Source of the DNA: Candidatus Methylomirabilota bacterium
GTDB taxonomy: Bacteria; Methylomirabilota; Methylomirabilia; Rokubacteriales; CSP1-6
NCBI GenBank assembly: GCA_046726415.1
Contig: JBKPAK010000064.1
Location: forward strand, 1-21,292
DNA length: 21,292 bases
Direction of reading: 5' to 3'
In this document: positions 15,883 through 21,292 of the stretch, one piece after another
Layout of the letters: the number at the start of each line of letters is the position of its first letter
Position numbering within the stretch: position 1 is the stretch's first letter
Notes under the pieces: model-generated
Databases searched by the model: none
Told to the model about the DNA's origin: nothing
What the model saw: the letters and a program-made list of their open reading frames with translations, nothing else
Position numbers and translations under genes: made by a program

Positions 15883-18800
15883 TCAGCTGGCCGCCTCCGC
15901 GGCCGGCGCGATCTCGAACTCGACGCGCCCGGGGCCTGACGCCTCCACGGGCAGGGCGCCCTCGCTCGTTCGGAGACGAGCCGGATCCACCCCACCTTTG
16001 GCCTCCAGCTCCCGGCGTGTCACCTCGACCCGGCGGGCCGCGAGTGCCTTCAGCACACTGTCCGGCGTGGGCTCCTCCTTCGCCAGCTCCTCCACCATCG
16101 CCTCCAGCTCGGCCGGCACCGGCCGGCCGGGGAAACGTTCGGCGAATAGCCGAGCGGCGGCGGCCTTCGCATCAGCCTGGCCCGATTCCCGTGCGAGGGC
16201 CTCGATGCGCTGGCGGGCGGCGTCGCGCTTGAGGACGGAGACATCGTCAACCGTCATGACCGGTTTCAGAGTGAGCATGATGGCGGGCGCCTGACGCAGG
16301 AAGGTCGCCACCCGTTCGGCGTGTGCGTCGACGCCGCGCTGCATACGCGTCGTGCCGGGGTCGAAATACACCGGCCAGATCGCGATCGTATCGATGCGCG
16401 AGTCCGCGGTGTAGAAGATCTTGCCCACCCAGCTCACCGGCAGCGCCAGCACGCTGATCGCCGCCTTCCGGACTGCATCCCAGACGGCATCGCCGAAGTC
16501 GAACTGTCGGCTGCTGACCGTTCCGGTGATCGGGACGGAGAGGCTGATCTCTCCTCGCGCGTTCTTGAGGAGGGAGACGAGCAGGTCGAGGGGCACGCCG
16601 ACCCGCTTCCGCACCTCGTCGCCGCCGCGCGACGGAACGAACACGGGCTGCCCGATCACGATCTCGTTCGAGGCTTCGAGGCGGTCGTCGCGAACGCGGT
16701 AGTGGAACGTCACATCGAAGGCACCCCGGCGCGCGACCCAGCCGAGCAGGCGGTTCGCGTACGGATTGATGCGCGGGAGCGCGAGCCCGGCGACCTTGCC
16801 CTCGATGTCCAGGAAGAGCGGGCCCCCGAGCGGGCCCACCTCGCCCCGCAGCTCGATCGGCACTCCTCCGGTGAGCCGGCCGGTCGCGGTGAGCTGACTG
16901 CGAGTGGTGGACGCCGTGCCCAAGGTCCTCGCGGTGACGGCCAGACGTGACACCTCCTCCACGAAGGCCTGTGTCGTTGTGCGATCGCTGAAGCGGATGA
17001 AGCCCTCCTCGACGATGAGGGCGCCTACCTGGACAACCGGTGCGTCGTCGGCAGGGCCCACCTGGCCACCCGCCGCATCGGCGGCGGGGCGAGGAGTTCC
17101 TGGTCCGCCGGCTCCGGCGAGGGCACCGCTCGGGCGCGCTGGTCCCGGCGTGATGAGCGACAGCAACGGCATGTTGCCGTGGGCGTCGCGCTCGACAAGA
17201 GCCCAGGGCTCGCGGAGGACGATGCGCTCGATGGTCACGTACCGGCGTGGCCACTCCGCATTCAGGCCGGCGACATCGGCGCCCTTGACGGTCACGAGCG
17301 CGCGCTGACCGTCGCCGAGCGAGGCGTCGGTGACGGTCATCCGACCGAGCGCCGACAGGGCCAGCGGAGCCAGGCGTCCCTTCACCTGAACCTCGGCGGT
17401 CACTTTGCCGGCAATGCGACCACGAACGGGCATGAAAGGCTGCGCCAGCGCCAGATCCACGCGATCGAGCACGAGCTTCGCGTCGATGCTGGACGCGTCC
17501 GGCGCGAGCTGGCCCCGCGCTTCCAGGATTCCACCGCCCGGCGTCGACGCGCGCAAGACGAAGCCACTGGCTCCGCGCGTGGGCCAGGCCAGCTCGCGCA
17601 CAGTCAGCCGCGCTCCCGTGATCTCGAAACGCGCTGCCGGACTCACGCGGCCATCGACGATAGTGGCGGCGCCGTTCTCGACCATACTTCGGCGAACGTT
17701 GATTCGGAGCCCCGCCGGGGCGCCGCTCGCGGCCGGCACCGCGCTTCGGACGCCGCCGCCTTCCGGGCGCGCCGCAGGCAAGACGCCTTGTAGGGAGAGG
17801 ACGCCGTCGACCTGGCGCTCGACGAGGGCCCAGGGTTTTTGTACACGGAGGCGGTCGATCTTGACGGTGGCCGGCCACGTGTAATCGAACCCGGTGGTTT
17901 CGATGCGCTCCGCGGTCAGAAGCGGTCGCTCTCGCTCGGCCATCGCCAGGTTGTTGAGCGATGCGGTTCCGCGCGCGGTGATGGCCAGCGGCTCGACGGT
18001 CGCATTCACCTGGAGATTCCCGCTAGCCTTGCCGGCGATGCGACCTCGCAGCGGCAGATACGGCTGGGCGGGCGCGACGTCCACGTCGTTCAGGACGACA
18101 TCGAGGTCGAGTTTCGCGGGCGCGAGAGCGAGTTGCCCGCGCGCGCTCAGGGATCCTCCCCCTGGCATCGGCGCCTGCAGGTGTACAGCGGTCGGACCGC
18201 GAGGCGGCCAGCTGAAGTCGCGGGCCATCAGCCGCACTCCGGCGACCTCGAAGCGCGCCGCCGGGGTCGCCGCGCCATCGACCACCGTCACCGCCCCCTC
18301 GAGGACGCTCTCCTGGACCGAAACGTCGAGCGCCGAGGCGAGGGAAGCTCCCGTCGAGGCTGGCGCCGAGCGCGCCGTTGCCGCGGGCGTCGCCCGGGCG
18401 GTGTTGAAGACCAGCGCGAGAGGGAATGTCCCGTCGGGGCGACGCTCGATCGCCGCCCACGATTTCTGGACATGGAGTCGATCGATCGCCACCTTCGCTG
18501 GCCACGCGTAGTCGACTCCCGAGGTTTCGATGCGCGCCACGGTCAGGAGTGGCCGCTCGTTCTCCGTGATGGACACGGTATCGACCGAGGCCGCTCCCCT
18601 CGCGGTGATGGCGAGTGGATCAAGCGTGGCCTTGACCTCGAGCTCGCCGCCGGCCTTACCCGCGATTCGCCCTCGCACGGGAAGGTAGGGCTGGGCCGGC
18701 GTGAGGTCGAGGTCGCTGATCGTCAGGTTCAGATTCACGCTCGAGAACGCGACGTTGAGCTCGCCGCGTGCGCTCACGGTCCCGCCTCCGGGCATGACGG

Positions 18801-21075
18801 CCCGCAGCTCCACCGCAGTCGGACTGCGACCGGGCCAGGTGAAATCGCGCGCGACGAGGCTGACGCCGGTCACGTCGAAGCGCGCCGCCGGACTCACAGC
18901 CCTGTCCACGATCCTCGCCTCGCCGTCGTCGAGCACAGCCTCGCGAACTGCCACGGTCATCCCGGTCAGGGCAGCTGGAACAGTCCGGGCAGATTCCCTC
19001 GGAATCGAGGAGCGTTGGGGGGTATCGAGTGGGGTGGCGGCTACGCCGGGGCGTTCGACCCTCACCAGCGATCGTTGAACGTGAAGCCGGTCGACTTTCA
19101 GGGTCGCCGGCCATGCGTACTCCAAGCCCGTCGTCTCGACACGCGCCACTCTCAGGGACCGTCGGTCCGCATCGGCCACGGTCACGTCGCTCAGCGCGAC
19201 CGTACCGCGGGCGCCGACCTCAACGTGGGGCCCGAGGGAGCCGGTGATGGCAAGGTCGGCCTTCAAGTAGCCCTGAATGCGGGCTGGGAACGGCACGTAG
19301 CCCTGGTATGGCGCCAGAGCGGCGCCGGCGAGGCGCGCCCGCACATCCAGGCGAACGGGATCCAACGACAGCGTACCCGTGGCGTCCAGCGCCCCTGTCC
19401 CCGGGGTGGCGGCCTCGAGGTGGACTGTCGAGGGGCGCCGTGCCGGCCACGTGATGTCGCGCGCGGTGAAGCGCACGGGGGAGAGCGCGAGGCGGACGGG
19501 GGGGACGACGGACGCATCGTCGAGCGTCACCGTTCCCTCCTCCACTGCGATCTCGCCGATCTCGACGGTCACACCGGCGGGACTCCTGCTCGAGGCCCTG
19601 GAGCCGGACTCGGATCCGGGCGCCGTTCCCCCCGCGGCGAAGAGCGAGGCGAGCGGAGCGCGTCCCACTCGATCGCGCTCGACCATCGCATTCGGCTGGA
19701 CTACGCGGATCTGTGCGACTCCGATGCGCGGCCACGATGCATCGATGCCGATCACCACGATCTGTTGGGCGGTCGCGAGCGAATGTCCGCCATCGGCGGC
19801 TGTGACTCGGTTGATGGTGGTGCTGCCGCGGATGCGAGCGGTGAGGGCGCCGGAGTATGCCAGATCGACGGTTAGGTCGCTCTCCACGACCCCCGAGATG
19901 TCGACCGGGAGAGGGAGGTACGACATCAGGACCGACGGGTCCAGGCGCGTGACGCGCGTCCGCAGCTCCGCCCCGAGCGGGGCGAGCCGGGCGGGGCCCT
20001 GCACGTCGAGCCTGCCGCCTCCCGGAAAGCCGGCCGTGATGGTCACCTGAGCGCGGGGCCCAGGTCCCTCGACCTCCTCGATGCGGAGCTGCAGGCGGTC
20101 CATTTCGAAGCGACTTGCGGAGCTGGTACGCGCGCCGAACAGGGTCGCGGTTCCGGTCATCTCGATGCGGCCGAACCTGGACCGACCACCGGCCGCATCG
20201 ATCTGCACGCCGCTCAGCGTGAACGCGAGCGATGGCGCGGCGGCGAGCGGAGTCCCGGTTCCGCGTCTCTGGAGCGTCAGGTCGTCGAGCCGCCCCTGGC
20301 CGTCGAGCCGGACTCCACGGCCAGCGTCCAGAATTGCGACCAGATCGGCGGTGAGAACGACGCGTTGGAGCGCGACGGGCATGTCCGCAGGGAAGGAGAG
20401 GGCGGCCAAGGTCGCATCGACATTCTTCAGGCCGACGCGGACGCGAGCGCGCAGCGGAACGAGGCGCAGCTCCGAGAGCTCGGCGGAGATCGGCGCGCCC
20501 CCAACCGTTGCGGTAAGGCGCCCCGTGCCCTCAGTGTCGACACGGGTCGTCGAAAGGCCGCTGGCCTCGATCGCGATGCCCTCCACGCGCCAGGTGTGGG
20601 CGAGCGCTCGCGTGCGGTCCTCCAGGGAGACAACTCCACCGGTGAGCGCGAACCGATCGACGGTGACCGCCGCGGATCCCCCCCGGGCCACCGGCCGCGC
20701 CACGAGGTCCGAAATGTTGAGATCGCCGCGCTCGGAGCGGACGATCTGCACCCGCGCACCGCCGAAGGTGGCCTCCCGAATCCAGAGATGCCCGCGCAGC
20801 AGTGAGCCGGGTTCGAAGCGAACGTCCAGTCGGTCCAGCTCCGCGACAGGAGGCCCGGGCGCGCGCGCCGCGAGTCGGAGACCGGTGATGGCCAGATGAC
20901 CACGGGCCAGATCGAGATCCAGCTGCTCGATGGTCGTCCGACGGCCCGTGAGGCTCTCAATCTGCCGGACTACGGCCCAATGCACGAGTCCTGGTAGAGC
21001 CCACCACAGGACGCCCACCGACGACGCGATGGCGACGACGAGCGCTCCAACGATCCACCAGCGACGTCGGTTCAC
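15883..21075 (-). CDS. DUF748 / AsmA-like envelope-spanning protein (~1730 aa) with internal ~207-aa repeats and a C-terminal OmpA-like domain (alternative start 21153)
   Basis: N-terminal anchor RRRWWIVGALVV..., ESLTGRRTTIEQLDLDL, LNISDLV. DUF748-type C-block GVPLDLLVSLLKNARGEISLSVPITG, then VYFDPGT...LAARRVEVTRREL..GVDPARL..RVEFEI. Confidence 0.9.
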   Translation of the reverse strand: MNRRRWWIVGALVVAIASSVGVLWWALPGLVHWAVVRQIESLTGRRTTIEQLDLDLARGHLAITGLRLAARAPGPPVAELDRLDVRFEPGSLLRGHLWIREATFGGARVQIVRSERGDLNISDLVARPVARGGSAAVTVDRFALTGGVVSLEDRTRALAHTWRVEGIAIEASGLSTTRVDTEGTGRLTATVGGAPISAELSELRLVPLRARVRVGLKNVDATLAALSFPADMPVALQRVVLTADLVAILDAGRGVRLDGQGRLDDLTLQRRGTGTPLAAAPSLAFTLSGVQIDAAGGRSRFGRIEMTGTATLFGARTSSASRFEMDRLQLRIEEVEGPGPRAQVTITAGFPGGGRLDVQGPARLAPLGAELRTRVTRLDPSVLMSYLPLPVDISGVVESDLTVDLAYSGALTARIRGSTTINRVTAADGGHSLATAQQIVVIGIDASWPRIGVAQIRVVQPNAMVERDRVGRAPLASLFAAGGTAPGSESGSRASSRSPAGVTVEIGEIAVEEGTVTLDDASVVPPVRLALSPVRFTARDITWPARRPSTVHLEAATPGTGALDATGTLSLDPVRLDVRARLAGAALAPYQGYVPFPARIQGYLKADLAITGSLGPHVEVGARGTVALSDVTVADADRRSLRVARVETTGLEYAWPATLKVDRLHVQRSLVRVERPGVAATPLDTPQRSSIPRESARTVPAALTGMTVAVREAVLDDGEARIVDRAVSPAARFDVTGVSLVARDFTWPGRSPTAVELRAVMPGGGTVSARGELNVAFSSVNLNLTISDLDLTPAQPYLPVRGRIAGKAGGELEVKATLDPLAITARGAASVDTVSITENERPLLTVARIETSGVDYAWPAKVAIDRLHVQKSWAAIERRPDGTFPLALVFNTARATPAATARSAPASTGASLASALDVSVQESVLEGAVTVVDGAATPAARFEVAGVRLMARDFSWPPRGPTAVHLQAPMPGGGSLSARGQLALAPAKLDLDVVLNDVDVAPAQPYLPLRGRIAGKASGNLQVNATVEPLAITARGTASLNNLAMAERERPLLTAERIETTGFDYTWPATVKIDRLRVQKPWALVERQVDGVLSLQGVLPAARPEGGGVRSAVPAASGAPAGLRINVRRSMVENGAATIVDGRVSPAARFEITGARLTVRELAWPTRGASGFVLRASTPGGGILEARGQLAPDASSIDAKLVLDRVDLALAQPFMPVRGRIAGKVTAEVQVKGRLAPLALSALGRMTVTDASLGDGQRALVTVKGADVAGLNAEWPRRYVTIERIVLREPWALVERDAHGNMPLLSLITPGPARPSGALAGAGGPGTPRPAADAAGGQVGPADDAPVVQVGALIVEEGFIRFSDRTTTQAFVEEVSRLAVTARTLGTASTTRSQLTATGRLTGGVPIELRGEVGPLGGPLFLDIEGKVAGLALPRINPYANRLLGWVARRGAFDVTFHYRVRDDRLEASNEIVIGQPVFVPSRGGDEVRKRVGVPLDLLVSLLKNARGEISLSVPITGTVSSRQFDFGDAVWDAVRKAAISVLALPVSWVGKIFYTADSRIDTIAIWPVYFDPGTTRMQRGVDAHAERVATFLRQAPAIMLTLKPVMTVDDVSVLKRDAARQRIEALARESGQADAKAAAARLFAERFPGRPVPAELEAMVEELAKEEPTPDSVLKALAARRVEVTRRELEAKGGVDPARLRTSEGALPVEASGPGRVEFEIAPAAEAAS

Positions 21076-21292
21076 TCGTCTAGCATGCCTCGCGGCCGGC
21101 GCCCGCGCGAGGAGACTTCCGCGATATGGCTCTGGCTGGGACGGGGCGAACACAGAGGCGATCGCGCGTTCGTGCTATAACACGCAATCGCGACCACACA
21201 TCCGGCCGCTCGTGAGCCCGCGCATGGATCACGGCTCACCCCGGCTCGCCGCGAAAACGCAACCGCGGCCACCGGTGATGCCAGTGATCGCG

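Noticed and set aside
21171-21184. CGTG-CTATAA-CACG palindrome as operator or bidirectional -10
   Set aside because: Short, with imperfect -10 matches, and the downstream gene lies outside the window, so it cannot be supported.

Overview
High-GC bacterial chromosomal window (roughly 68-70% GC by eye). Gene content suggests a diderm and resembles Ca. Rokubacteria/Methylomirabilota, but that assignment is inference only. I saw no rRNA, tRNA, CRISPR array or transposase. Apparently intact genes: a subtilase with a degenerate active site, a receiver-less sigma-54 activator, an MBL-fold hydrolase, a small helical protein divergent from a cysteine-dioxygenase-like cupin, a lipoprotein plus a Cu/Zn SOD lipoprotein (signal peptide carries a perfect 3x33-bp repeat), an SDR, a TRZ/ATZ-type nucleoside deaminase, an 800-aa GAF protein, an Nramp/APC-fold transporter with a small 2-TM partner, and a ~1730-aa DUF748/AsmA-like protein built from ~207-aa repeats. 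Between them lie several decay scars: a DUF429-like remnant, an in-frame hydantoinase::deaminase deletion chimera, a triply disrupted ABM-domain membrane gene and the 3' end of an OprB-like porin, plus a family of REP-like GC hairpins. The most interesting hypothesis is that the C-terminal half of the GAF protein is an unrecognised, insert-containing class III nucleotidyl cyclase, since it carries most of the hallmark motifs in the correct order.
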